Assembly: GCA_963422375.2 (NCBI GenBank) | Contig: OY729428.2 | Span: 2,464,001-2,528,000 of the forward strand | DNA length: 64,000 nt | Direction of reading: 5' to 3' | Source of the DNA: Bryobacterales bacterium | GTDB taxonomy: Bacteria > Acidobacteriota > Terriglobia > Bryobacterales > UBA6623 | Shown here: positions 38,430-48,505 of the stretch, one piece after another | Position numbering within the stretch: the first letter of the stretch is position 1 | Layout of the letters: each line of letters begins with the position of its first letter | Program-made: the position numbers and the translations under genes | Notes under the pieces: generated by a model | Told to the model about the DNA's origin: nothing | The model's input: only the letters and a program-made list of their open reading frames with translations | Database searches by the model: none

Positions 38430-39869
38430 ATGAACCGCGTGCGATTCGCGCCTTCCCCGACGGGGTTCCTGCATATCGGCGGCGCGCGCACCTACCTGTT
38501 CAACTGGCTGTTCGCCCGCTCGACCGGAGGGCGCGTGATCCTGCGCATCGACGACACCGACACGGGACGCAACACCGAGGAGTCGCTGCGCTCGATTCTG
38601 GACGGCCTCCGCTGGCTGGATCTCCCGTGGGACGAGCAGCACTTCCAGTCGCGGCGCCGCGCGGCGCACGTCCGAGCGGCCGGGGCGCTCGTGGCGAAGG
38701 GCGCGGCTTACCGGGACTTCACGCCGGAGACCGAGAGCCCGGCCGACCGCTCCGACGGCGAGCCGTGGCTCTGCAACCCGGGCATGCGGGAGCTCGGTTC
38801 CGGTGAGAGCGACCGTCGCGCGGCGGCCGGCGAGCCGTTCGTGGTCCGGTTCCGCGTGCCGCGCGACAGCCCCAAGGGCGTGGCCTTCAGGGACCTCGTC
38901 TTCCGCAAGCAGTTTCGCAAGTTCGCCGACATCGAGGACTTCGCGCTGCTGCGCAGCAACGGGCTGCCTACCTACCACCTGGCCTCCTCCGTCGACGACG
39001 GCGAACTCGGCATCACGCACGTGATCCGCGGCCAGGACCACCTGACGAACACTTTCAAGCACATCCTGCTCCTCGAAGCCCTCGGATTCGAGCGCCCCGC
39101 GTTCGGGCATCTGCCGCTGCTGCTCGGGCCGGACGGGTCGAAGCTCTCCAAGCGCCGCCACGGGCCTCTCGCCAGCGTGACGAGCTACCGCGACATGGGC
39201 TTCCTCCCGGTCGGTTTCGTGAACTACCTGAGCCTGCTCGGGTGGTCGCCGAAAGACAACCGCGAGTCCCTCGCCGTCAGCGAGCTCGTCGACGCCTTCC
39301 GCCTCGAGCAGGTGCTGCGCACCAACGCGCTCGTGCAGGTCGGCGAGCGCCCGGGCGACGCCCCTGTGGATCCCAAGGCGGTCTGGCTTAACGGGCAGCA
39401 CCTGCGCAACATGCCTGTCGACGACCTGCTGCCGTTCGCCGAGGGAGCGGTCCGCGACGCCGGCTGGTGGCTGGAAGAGTACGGCAGCAGCCACCGGGCA
39501 TGGTTCCGCGAGGCCATCGACGCCCTGCGCTCGCGGCTCAGCCTACTCACTGACTTCGCTCTCCGCTGCCGGGCCTACTTCCGGGACGACTTCGGCATGG
39601 AGGCGAAGGCGCTGGGGAACCTGGACAGGGACGGCGTCCGCCCCGCCCTTCGGGCGCTGGCCGACCGCATCGCGGGCGCGTCCGCCTTCTCGGACGCCTC
39701 GGTCGAAGACGCCGTGCGGTCGCTGGCCGCCGAGCGCGGAATGAAGGCGAGCCTGCTGATCAACGGCGCCCGCGCGGCCCTCACGGGCCAGAGCGTCGGC
39801 CCCAGCGCCTTCCGCGTTTTCACCCTCGTCGGCAAGGCGCGAGCCGTGCAACGGCTGCGGGCGGTCTAG
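38430..39869 (+). CDS. gltX: Glutamate--tRNA ligase
   Basis: RFAPSPTGFLHIGGART, LRIDDTD, ITHVIRGQDH and KLSKR. Confidence 0.95.
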   Translation: MNRVRFAPSPTGFLHIGGARTYLFNWLFARSTGGRVILRIDDTDTGRNTEESLRSILDGLRWLDLPWDEQHFQSRRRAAHVRAAGALVAKGAAYRDFTPETESPADRSDGEPWLCNPGMRELGSGESDRRAAAGEPFVVRFRVPRDSPKGVAFRDLVFRKQFRKFADIEDFALLRSNGLPTYHLASSVDDGELGITHVIRGQDHLTNTFKHILLLEALGFERPAFGHLPLLLGPDGSKLSKRRHGPLASVTSYRDMGFLPVGFVNYLSLLGWSPKDNRESLAVSELVDAFRLEQVLRTNALVQVGERPGDAPVDPKAVWLNGQHLRNMPVDDLLPFAEGAVRDAGWWLEEYGSSHRAWFREAIDALRSRLSLLTDFALRCRAYFRDDFGMEAKALGNLDRDGVRPALRALADRIAGASAFSDASVEDAVRSLAAERGMKASLLINGARAALTGQSVGPSAFRVFTLVGKARAVQRLRAV

Positions 39870-39892
39870 GGGAACGAGAACCGACCCGGAAC

Positions 39893-41470
39893 ATGCTGCT
39901 GCTCGGAATCGGAGGCTGGCTCCACGACGGGGCCGCGGCCGTGATGCGCGACGGAAGCGTCGTGGCCGCGATCGAGGAGGAGAAGGTGGCGCGCGAGGCG
40001 CACCGGAGCGGCCTGCCGGCCTGCGCGGTCAAGGCCTGCCTCGAGGTGGCCGGCGCCGAGGCATCCGAAGTCGAATGCGTGGCGCTGGTGCGCCCCCTAG
40101 GCGACGCCACGGGCAACAGCTTCCACATTCACCTCAAGACACTGTTTCCGAACGCTCGCGTGGTCGTGACCGATCACCACGACGCCCACGCGGCCAGCGC
40201 CTATTTCGCCTCGCCCTTCGAGCGGGCGCGCGTGCTGACCCTCGACCGCCACGGGGACATGCGCTGCGGAGCGATTTGGCGCGGCGAGGGCGCCACGCTG
40301 GAGTCCGTCGAGGAGCTGTACGCCCCGGACTCCCCGGCGGTCGTCTACAGCCGGGTCACCGAACTGCTGGGGTTCCGCGCGGGCCGCGAGGAGCACAAGG
40401 TCCAGTGGCTCTCCCTGGCGGGCGAGCCGCGCTTCAAGAGCCTGTTCGGAGAGATGATGGGCTCGGGCCGCGCGAGGCTGCCCAGCCTGGATCACAGCTA
40501 CTTCGACCCGTCCCGCCCGACGCACGGCGCGTTCAGCGACAAGTTCTTCCGCGCGGTCGGTCTAGAGCCGTCGGAGCCGGTCTCGGCGGGGATGCGCCGC
40601 GACCTAGCCGCCAGCGTCCATGCGGCCGTTGCCGACACGGTGCTGGGCCTGGCCGACCGGGCCGACCATCTCTGCCTCGCGGGCGGAATCGCGATGAACG
40701 CGCTGCTCGTGCAGGCGCTCGAGGAGAGCGGTCGCTTCGGCGAGGTGTTCGTCCAGCCCGCCTCCGGCAACGCCGGGACCGCGGTCGGGAGCCTCTTCCA
40801 CGCCTGGCACAAGGTCCTCAAGCGCGCGGAGCGCAGGCCGATGCGCGACATGTTCCTCGGGCCGGAGTACCGCAGCGAGGAAATCAAGCAGATCCTCGAC
40901 AACTGCAAGCTGTCGTCCCGCTACCTGATGACGGATTCCGAACTCGTCGCGTCGGCCGTGGAGCGACTGTCGGAGGAACAGATCATCGCCTGGTTCCAAG
41001 GGCGCACGGAGTTCGGGCCGCGGGCGCTGGGCAACCGCAGCATCCTCGCGTCGCCGCTGAATCCGTACTCGACAGAGAACCTGAACGTCTACATCAAGCG
41101 CCGGGAGAAGTTTCGCAAGTTCGCGGCCTCGGTGCCGGAGGAGGCGGCGGGCGAGTACTTCGCGACAGGCCCGGCCTCGCGCCACCTCGCGACAGTATCC
41201 CGCGTGAAGCCGGAGCACCGCGCCACCTTCGAGTCGGCGCTGCTCGACGGCGAGCGCATCCGCGTGCATGTGGTGCGGAGGGGCGACAACCGCCTGTACT
41301 GGGAGCTGCTGCAGGAAGCGGGCCGGGCGACCGGACTGCCGGTGCTCTACAACACCTCGTTCAACCTGTTCGGCGAGCCGCTCGTCAGCGACCCCCGCTC
41401 GGCGGTACGGAGCTTCTTCGCCTCCGGCATCGACGCCCTCTTCGTGGGCAAGTTCATGCTCGAGAAGTAG
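39893..41470 (+). CDS. Carbamoyltransferase, NodU/CmcH family
   Basis: HDGAAAV, AIEEE, HHDAHAASAY, LAGGIAMN, EFGPRALGNRSILA and NTSFN..GEP. Confidence 0.93.
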   Translation: MLLLGIGGWLHDGAAAVMRDGSVVAAIEEEKVAREAHRSGLPACAVKACLEVAGAEASEVECVALVRPLGDATGNSFHIHLKTLFPNARVVVTDHHDAHAASAYFASPFERARVLTLDRHGDMRCGAIWRGEGATLESVEELYAPDSPAVVYSRVTELLGFRAGREEHKVQWLSLAGEPRFKSLFGEMMGSGRARLPSLDHSYFDPSRPTHGAFSDKFFRAVGLEPSEPVSAGMRRDLAASVHAAVADTVLGLADRADHLCLAGGIAMNALLVQALEESGRFGEVFVQPASGNAGTAVGSLFHAWHKVLKRAERRPMRDMFLGPEYRSEEIKQILDNCKLSSRYLMTDSELVASAVERLSEEQIIAWFQGRTEFGPRALGNRSILASPLNPYSTENLNVYIKRREKFRKFAASVPEEAAGEYFATGPASRHLATVSRVKPEHRATFESALLDGERIRVHVVRRGDNRLYWELLQEAGRATGLPVLYNTSFNLFGEPLVSDPRSAVRSFFASGIDALFVGKFMLEK

Positions 41471-42999
41471 CCTCCCCCGCCCGGCGTCTCGATCCGCAGC
41501 ACGTCGCCCGTCCGCACCTCGAAGTTGCCCTTCGACGGGAGTTCGGACCCGTTGAGCAGGTTCCTGCCGGGCAGCCCGGCTTCCCCGCCCTCGGCACCAG
41601 CCGGCCCGCGCCTGCGCCGTTCCGAGAGCAATGCGAGGGACGCGTCGGCAAGGAACTCGTACTCGCGAATCACGCCGTCCCCTCCCCTGCGAAGCCCGGC
41701 ACCGCCGCTGCCTCGCCGCAGGGCGTAGCGAGCGATGCGGACAGGGTACTGCCGCTCGAACGCCTCGACCGGCGTATTGAGGCTGTTCGTCATGTGCGTG
41801 TGGACGCCGCTGGGACCGTCGGCACCCGACCACGCTCCCATGCCGCCGGCAATGGTCTCGTAGTAGCTGAAGGGCCGACCGCCGTCCGGCCCGGTGCCGC
41901 CGAAGCTTACGTTGTTCATCGTCCCGGAGCTCGCAGCGGGGAGTTCCCGCGGCAGGGCCAGGCGCAGCGCGCCTAGCACTGCGTCGACGATCCTCTGGGA
42001 CGTCTCTACGTTCCCCGCAGCCGTGCTGGCGGGGGGAAGAGCGTCGCAGACACTCCCGGGCTCGGTGAGGATTGCGACCGGACGCAAAATGCCCGCGTTG
42101 AACGGCGTCTCCGGCCCCACGAGGCACCGGAAGCAATACATGACGGCCGAGGTCGTGACCGCCCTGTTCGCATTGACGCCGCCCTTGGTCTGGGGGGCCG
42201 ACTCCCGGAAGTCGACCGTGGCATCGGAGCCGGCTACGGTCAGCGTGCAGCGGATAGGGATCGGGTCGGACCCGAATCCGTCGTCGTCCAGCCAGTCAGC
42301 GAAGGCGTGCGTGCCGTCCGGGACCGCGCGAAGGCGCGCCCGCATCACCGCTTCGGCATAGTCCTGCAAGGCGGCCATCTGGCGCCTGATCCTCGGCATG
42401 CCGTACCTTCCGACAGCTTGCCGCAGCCGCCGCTCGCCGACCCTGTGGGCCGCGACCTGCGCTCCGAGGTCGCCGAGGCGCTCCTCGGGAGTGCGCACGT
42501 TCGCCAGGATTACCGCCAGCAGCGCGGTGTCGTACTCGTCGTCTCTCACGAGCCTGACCGGCGGGATTCTCAGCCCTTCCTGGTAAATCTCCTTGGCGAG
42601 GGGCATCGAGCCCGGGGCCATCCCACCCACGTCGGCGTGGTGCGCCCGCGTGGCCAGATAGAAGGCCGGCTCGGCTGCGCCGTCTTCGTGAACGGCGGAC
42701 ACCGAGGTGATGTCCGGTAGGTGCGTGCCTCCGCGGAACGGGTCGTTGAGAAAGTAGACCTCGCCCGGCCGCGGCCGCACCTCGTCCGTGACCGCCTTAA
42801 CGGACGCCGGCATCGCGCCTAGGTGGGCCGGCATGTGGTCGCCCATCGCAACCGTCCGGCCCCGGGCGTCGTACAGGGCGCACGAGTAGTCGCGCCTCTC
42901 CTTGATGTTCGGCGAGAAGGCCGTGCGTCGCAGGACAATCCCCATCTCCTCGGTGATCGAGGTGAAGAGATGGCGGAAGACCTCCAGCTCGAGGTTCAT
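41347..42999 (-). CDS. Hydantoinase B/oxoprolinase family protein
   Basis: EEMG..L.RTAFSPNIKERRDYSC, NDPFRGGTHLPD, HHADVGG, GTMNN and TPGGGGY. Start trimmed to ATG 42999. Confidence 0.94.
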   Translation of the reverse strand: MNLELEVFRHLFTSITEEMGIVLRRTAFSPNIKERRDYSCALYDARGRTVAMGDHMPAHLGAMPASVKAVTDEVRPRPGEVYFLNDPFRGGTHLPDITSVSAVHEDGAAEPAFYLATRAHHADVGGMAPGSMPLAKEIYQEGLRIPPVRLVRDDEYDTALLAVILANVRTPEERLGDLGAQVAAHRVGERRLRQAVGRYGMPRIRRQMAALQDYAEAVMRARLRAVPDGTHAFADWLDDDGFGSDPIPIRCTLTVAGSDATVDFRESAPQTKGGVNANRAVTTSAVMYCFRCLVGPETPFNAGILRPVAILTEPGSVCDALPPASTAAGNVETSQRIVDAVLGALRLALPRELPAASSGTMNNVSFGGTGPDGGRPFSYYETIAGGMGAWSGADGPSGVHTHMTNSLNTPVEAFERQYPVRIARYALRRGSGGAGLRRGGDGVIREYEFLADASLALLSERRRRGPAGAEGGEAGLPGRNLLNGSELPSKGNFEVRTGDVLRIETPGGGGYFSSMNLPTKRASMPEAKKLRTAERGSLTSGSPNRLNEVL

Positions 43000-43893
43000 G
43001 AGTGGTTCTCCACCGGCCTGGCGCGCCACCGTGAGTCTCGGGCGGGGCCGGCCACCCTTCCGAGAGTACCGAACGAGCCTGGGGCCCGGGCTGCCGCGGT
43101 TCTCATCAGCGGAGCCCTGCCGCGAGCGACGGCGATCCGGCCTTTCAGCCTGCCCGCCTCGCGGACCGACGCGCTCCAATCGGCATCAGCCAACCGGCTC
43201 GGCCCGGTGACGAAGTGCTCTGGAACGTATCTCCTAGGTTCAAGCGCCGCGCTTGCGCCCGGAAACCGCAATTTGCTCGGGCAGGGGTTGCGAGAGAATG
43301 CTGGCTCAACCGCAGGCTTGACGAATTCACCTTCCGGCTCGGCCGCCGGACGCCCCGCTCACGCTGTCTCCCCTGTGTTCGCCCGCCCCGGCAGACCCCC
43401 GAGACGGCTCCCGCGCTCCGGTCCGAACTGCGGCCCGCTGCCGAGATCCCCGCCTGCAATTCGCCGGGATTCCCACCAAGCCGATACCCGAGGGAGGCCG
43501 GATCACCTGAGTGCAGCGCATGCTTCGCTTCACAAATCCTTGTGGTCACCGGAGCGAAGCGCGTCCATTGATCCGAGGCAAGTGAGCGGTGCGGCGGCCG
43601 GCGATCAAGACGGGGACGACCTCCCAAGCACGCTGGGCCGGATCGGCGAAGCTCTGGGCCCACTTGGACGGCAAGCGCCCGCGCAAGAGCCGTCATCGGG
43701 GAAGGCCGACGTGCAAGTGCGATGATAGTCAGGCAGGGTTGAGCTTGGAAGCAGTTGGTAGGCAGATCGGGGGCCGTCACGAGCGTTGAAGGCCTCCAGA
43801 CAACCAGCTCAACGGTTTAGACGACCACGAATCTACGAAGCGAGGGGATCTCCCCGAAGAGGGCATGGTCCCGCGCGGCATCACAAGGGCGGC

Positions 43894-44670
43894 ATGCAAT
43901 CACGAATGTTCCACCTGCGAACCGGGTCGGCACAAGGGCCTTGCGGGCTCCCGTCGCGGGCCCGCTCCCGGACGCTAGCAATTCTCGTGCTCGCGCTCGC
44001 GACCCTAGCGGGGTGCAGCGGGTCGAAGCGAGGCAAGAGGGTCAAGCTGCCTCCGCCGATCAACCCCAGGATCGGCTGGACGCAAGTCGGCGTTGCCAGC
44101 TGGTACGGGAATCCATACCACGGGCGCAAGACCAGCAACGGCGAGACCTACGACATGGACAAGATGACGGCCGCCCACAAGAGGCTGCCATTCGACACGT
44201 GGCTGCAAGTCGAGAATCTCAGCAACGGCGCGAAGACGCAGGTGCGAATCAACGACCGGGGACCGTTCGTGGGCAAGCGCATCATCGACCTCTCCAGAGC
44301 TGCGGCCACCGACATCAGGATGATTGGCGCGGGCACGGCGCGTGTACGCCTTACCGTGATCCGCCCGCCCAGCCAGAACGTGCGGGAGGCATCCGGGCAG
44401 ACGGGCAATCCAAGGTTGCCGGCCCGAGGGAGGCAGCGAGACCAGTTCGACATTCAGGTGGGCGTGTTCTCGACTCGGGCGAACGCCGACAAGATGGCCG
44501 GGCGCATCGAGAAATGGGGGCACAGCACGAACGTCCTTCCGTTTTCCCAAGGGAGTTCTCAGATGTTCCGCGTAATGGTCAGAGGAGGCAGCACCAAGCA
44601 AGCGAACGCACGACTGAAGCGGCTGAAGCGCCAAGGCGTGGATGGAATATTGCGACCCCGTCTCGACTAG
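43894..44670 (+). CDS. rlpA: Septal ring lytic transglycosylase RlpA-family lipoprotein with SPOR domain
   Basis: LAGC lipobox, GVASWYG, TAAHKRLPF, VRINDRGPF..RIIDLS and IQVGVF. The start is uncertain. Confidence 0.93.
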   Translation: MQSRMFHLRTGSAQGPCGLPSRARSRTLAILVLALATLAGCSGSKRGKRVKLPPPINPRIGWTQVGVASWYGNPYHGRKTSNGETYDMDKMTAAHKRLPFDTWLQVENLSNGAKTQVRINDRGPFVGKRIIDLSRAAATDIRMIGAGTARVRLTVIRPPSQNVREASGQTGNPRLPARGRQRDQFDIQVGVFSTRANADKMAGRIEKWGHSTNVLPFSQGSSQMFRVMVRGGSTKQANARLKRLKRQGVDGILRPRLD

Positions 44671-44958
44671 GTGGCTTGTCAGGGCGTGACGCTTACAGCG
44701 GAGTCGGGTTAGCGACGGAATCAGCTAGCCCTCCAAGAGACGGCCGGTCTCGCGATTCAAGATTGCGGGGGCGGCGTCCAGGTGTATCGAGCGCGGGCGG
44801 ACTTCGAAGGCTCCCGCCAAGTCCGGATGCAGCCCTCGGGGGGCTCGCGGCGGGGCTACGACGCAGAGCGGAACGGAGCTCTGAGTGCCGACCCAACCGC
44901 GCGCCTCGCCCTCTTTGCCATGGAGCGCAGTCTCGCTAGCCTCGCAACCATGACTTTG

Positions 44959-46443
44959 CTACTCCCCGGGCATCCGCCAGTGAGGCGGAGCCTTGAAGCT
45001 GGAGTCGTTTCGTCCTTGGCTGTACGGAGCGACCGCGTCTTCCGGCTGGAGTGCTCGGAACTCCTTCATCTTCCGGTACATTTCCCGTGCGATATCGGGA
45101 TTCTCACCGATCACGTTCCTCTCCTCGCCAATGTCTTCCGAAATGCGGAATAGAAATCGCTGCCTCGCGGAATCGTCAGCACGTTGGTCCGTTACGCTAG
45201 GGCCGTAGACCACCATCTTCCAATCATTCGTCATGTACGAAATGTGCTCGCGCTGCGGCCCGTCCTGCCCAATGTAATTGAACAGCTCGCGGTCCAAGTC
45301 CGTCTGCCGCCCGGTCAGGACGTCCAAGATGTCGATGCCGTCGAGCGGCCGACCTGTATACCTCTCGACACCGGCCATGCGCATCACGGTCGGAAGGATG
45401 TCAATATTGGCCAGCGGCTGGTCGACCCTGAGTCCGGCCGGTATGGTCGAGGTCCAACGCGCCGCCGCCGCGACGCGAATCCCTCCCTCGAACACGGTTG
45501 CCTTCCCCCCGCGCAGTGGGGTGTTCTCGCCCACGCCCTTCACGCCGCCGTTGTCGGAGCTGAACAGCACGAAGGTCGACTCAGCGATTCCGGCCTGATC
45601 GATGGCCCCCAGTATCCGGCCGACGCCTTGGTCCAGCGAATGCACCATGGATCCGAGGATCCGGCGGTTCCGCTCGCGGGATTCGCGACTCGCTTCCATG
45701 CTCGCTCCCTTGAATCCTTGGTAGAAGCCGCGCGCCGGCGGCAGCAATTCGTAGATGGGTAGGTCCTCTTCCTTCGCTTGGAAGGGACTGTGGGGCGCAT
45801 TGAACGGCACGTAGCACAGAAACGGAGCGGCATCGTTCGCATGCTCGAGGATGAAGCCCGCCGCGGCGTCGGCGATCAGGTCCGTCGTGTAGCCCAGGTC
45901 GTCGCTGGGATCGAAACCCGAATGCCAGTCGATCTCCCCTTCCCTCTCGTGCGTGAAGTAGTCCACCGCGCCGTTGTAGTGACCGTAGAACTCCGTGAAC
46001 CCTCGCCTTAGCGGGTGATACTTCTTGTCGGAGTGGCCAAGGTGCCACTTGCCGAACACGGCGCGATGCTCGTAGCCAACTTCGGCCAGTACATCGGCGA
46101 TGGTCGACTCCGCGAGATCCAAGCCGCCGACCCTCCACGGAGGATAGACCGCCCGCATCGCGCCGTAGCGGATCGGGTACCGGCCTGTCATCAGTCCGGC
46201 GCGCGTCGGCGAGCAGACCGGAGCGACGTAGTAGCGCTCGAGCAGCGCGCCCTCCGCCGCAACCCTGTCGATGTTGGGCGTGGCGATGTTGCCCCCTTGG
46301 AAGCTGACGTCGGCCCAGCCGAGGTCGTCGGCGAGCAAGATCACGATATTGGGAGGACGCGAGCTCTCCGGAGGAATCTCGGGCCCGGCGGAGCAGCCCG
46401 CCGACAGGGCCACTGCCGCGGCAAGAGCGAGTACCGTGCGCAT
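44959..46443 (-). CDS. Arylsulfatase lipoprotein
   Basis: SAGC lipobox, PNIVILLADDLG, CSPTRAGLMTGR, GKWHLG and SDNGG. Confidence 0.95.
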   Translation of the reverse strand: MRTVLALAAAVALSAGCSAGPEIPPESSRPPNIVILLADDLGWADVSFQGGNIATPNIDRVAAEGALLERYYVAPVCSPTRAGLMTGRYPIRYGAMRAVYPPWRVGGLDLAESTIADVLAEVGYEHRAVFGKWHLGHSDKKYHPLRRGFTEFYGHYNGAVDYFTHEREGEIDWHSGFDPSDDLGYTTDLIADAAAGFILEHANDAAPFLCYVPFNAPHSPFQAKEEDLPIYELLPPARGFYQGFKGASMEASRESRERNRRILGSMVHSLDQGVGRILGAIDQAGIAESTFVLFSSDNGGVKGVGENTPLRGGKATVFEGGIRVAAAARWTSTIPAGLRVDQPLANIDILPTVMRMAGVERYTGRPLDGIDILDVLTGRQTDLDRELFNYIGQDGPQREHISYMTNDWKMVVYGPSVTDQRADDSARQRFLFRISEDIGEERNVIGENPDIAREMYRKMKEFRALQPEDAVAPYSQGRNDSSFKAPPHWRMPGE

Positions 46444-46750
46444 AGTCGATATCCTACTGACAAGCCGACGACCGTAGCGAAGAGCCGCGGATTGGCGACG
46501 ACGATTCGAACACGCTCGCGAGGGTGCGCCGCCGACTCACGACTAGGGCATGGGAGCGCTGGATCGTGACGGAGGCGTCCCTAGCCGGACGCGCGTCCGT
46601 CAGCCAACGGCTGTCGGCCTGCAACGGACCTCCCGGCGCTCGACGCGCTTCGCCAAGCCCCAGCGGAACGATTCGGGGCAGGCGCCGATTCCCGTCCCCA
46701 CTCGGGATGCAGTAGTTGGAAGCGCGGGTGGCTCGGTGATAGACTGCGGC

Positions 46751-47566
46751 TTGGCGCGGTCGGTTGCGGTCGCCATGACCATCGCCGGATCCGACCCCTC
46801 AGGGGGTGCGGGCCTGCAAGCCGACCTCAAGACTTTTCACCAGTTCGGGGTGTACGGGCTTGCCGTTCCGGCATTGCTGACGGTCCAGAACACCCTCGGC
46901 ATCGAGTCGGTCACCCTGCTCGATCAGCGACTCGTGCGGGCCCAGCTCGCGTGCGTTCAGAGCGATATTCCTCCCGACGCAGCGAAGGTCGGCGCGTTGG
47001 GCCAGGCCGGCACCGTCGTCGCGGTGGCCGACTGGGCTCGCGCCAGCAATACCCCGGTCGTGATCGATCCGGTCATGCTGAGCAGCAGCGGCCAAGCCTT
47101 GTTGGACCGGGAAGGGGTCGAGGCATTGATCGATCACCTGCTGCCGACCTGCTTCCTGGCTACCCCGAACCTGAGCGAAGCCGCGAAGCTGTGCGGGCGC
47201 GACACCAGCGATCTGGAAGGCATGCGCGCGGCCGCGGAGGACATTGCCGGGATGGGGGCCCGGAATGTCCTAGTCAAGGGCGGCCACCTGAGGGGCGCAC
47301 CCATTGACCTGCTCTGGACGAAGGGCAAGGTCCGGACATACACTGCCGAGCGCGTCCGTGCGAGCGGCACTCACGGCACGGGCTGCACGTATTCCGCAGC
47401 GATCACAGCCCTACTGGCACTCGGTCGCCCTCTGGAGGACGCGGTTTCCGAGGCGAAGAGGTTCTTGACGGAGGCGCTCCGCACGGCTCCGCGGCTCGGT
47501 CGCGGCCAAGGCCCCCTGAACCATCACGCGCGCCTTCCAGGCAATTCTGCCCTGACTTTGCCATGA
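46751..47566 (+). CDS. thiD: Hydroxymethylpyrimidine/phosphomethylpyrimidine kinase
   Basis: TIAGSDPSGGAGLQADLKTF, DPVM, TPNL.EA, KGGH and THGTGCT. The start is approximate. Confidence 0.95.
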   Translation: MARSVAVAMTIAGSDPSGGAGLQADLKTFHQFGVYGLAVPALLTVQNTLGIESVTLLDQRLVRAQLACVQSDIPPDAAKVGALGQAGTVVAVADWARASNTPVVIDPVMLSSSGQALLDREGVEALIDHLLPTCFLATPNLSEAAKLCGRDTSDLEGMRAAAEDIAGMGARNVLVKGGHLRGAPIDLLWTKGKVRTYTAERVRASGTHGTGCTYSAAITALLALGRPLEDAVSEAKRFLTEALRTAPRLGRGQGPLNHHARLPGNSALTLP

Positions 47567-47585
47567 TCGGACTTGCAAAGACCGC

Positions 47586-48491
47586 ATGACAGGCAACCGC
47601 AAGGATCACAAGTGGCTGCTTGCAGTCGGAACGGCAGTGACGTTGCCGATCCTGTTTCTGCACTCCACCTGCATCGCCGTAATGGGGCCCGGGACCTGGG
47701 GCTCCGGTCTGGTCGAGATGCTGCCCGATCTGAGGGCACCCACCGCGGCCGCTGAGCGTTACCGGGCGGAATTCGGCGCGAGCAGACCGGAAAACGAGCC
47801 CCCGGACGGACAGGTGGCCGTCCCGCCCGGTTCCGGAATTGCGGGCCGGGTGATTTGGACCCGTGAGTCGAGTGGACGGACGCTGTACCTAGCCGAGGAC
47901 GAACGCGAGCGCTTACCGCGCCAGCGCTTGTACCTAGCCGAGGCCGGCATGGTGCGGGAATCGAGGCTCCCGGATGGCCACGTTGTAGTCCGACCGCAAT
48001 GGATCGGCGACCAAATAGTCTACGAGCGTTGGAACCCTTGGGCGATCGCCCCCTCGGCGAAGCTTCGACGCTACCTAGCGAGTTGGCTCGACCCTTCGTT
48101 GCGACCGGAAGCGTCGCTGTACAGGTCCGACCAAGGCACGGCAGAGTGGCTCTACCTCTTCCCGGGGCACTCGCTGACCGTGGCGCCCGACGGACGCCGC
48201 GCGGCGCTGCTGCGTTCAGGGGCCTTGCTCGCGGGTTACTACAGCGTTCACGTCTGGCGGACGGACGCAAGCGATGCGCCCGCGGTGATCAGCCTGCGGG
48301 AGAGCGCCGGCCAAGCCACCCGGTCCTTCTCTTTGAGCTGGTCCAGGGACTCGTCCGCTTTGCGGATATTCGGCAGGACCGGCGGGTTCGACCGGAGGGC
48401 TTCGCGCCAGGGCAGCCCCGAGGGCGCGGCCTTCGACCTGCTCTACCTCGTGTCGGACCGGACGGTGTACGACCTGAACCGCGGTATCTGA
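47586..48491 (+). CDS. Hypothetical membrane-anchored protein, possibly beta-propeller-like
   Basis: N-terminal hydrophobic segment, APDGRR and WSRDS repeats reminiscent of TolB-like blades. Fills the gap between thiD and dctP. Confidence 0.6.
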   Translation: MTGNRKDHKWLLAVGTAVTLPILFLHSTCIAVMGPGTWGSGLVEMLPDLRAPTAAAERYRAEFGASRPENEPPDGQVAVPPGSGIAGRVIWTRESSGRTLYLAEDERERLPRQRLYLAEAGMVRESRLPDGHVVVRPQWIGDQIVYERWNPWAIAPSAKLRRYLASWLDPSLRPEASLYRSDQGTAEWLYLFPGHSLTVAPDGRRAALLRSGALLAGYYSVHVWRTDASDAPAVISLRESAGQATRSFSLSWSRDSSALRIFGRTGGFDRRASRQGSPEGAAFDLLYLVSDRTVYDLNRGI

Positions 48492-48505
48492 CGCACGCGG
48501 GCGCC

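Noticed and set aside
42996..43271. Small ORF overlapping the hydantoinase B start as a hydantoinase A remnant
   Set aside because: No recognisable HyuA motifs in the translation.
46450..46750. TPP riboswitch upstream of thiD
   Set aside because: The conserved CTGAGA...ACCTGA...GCGNAGG core was not found.
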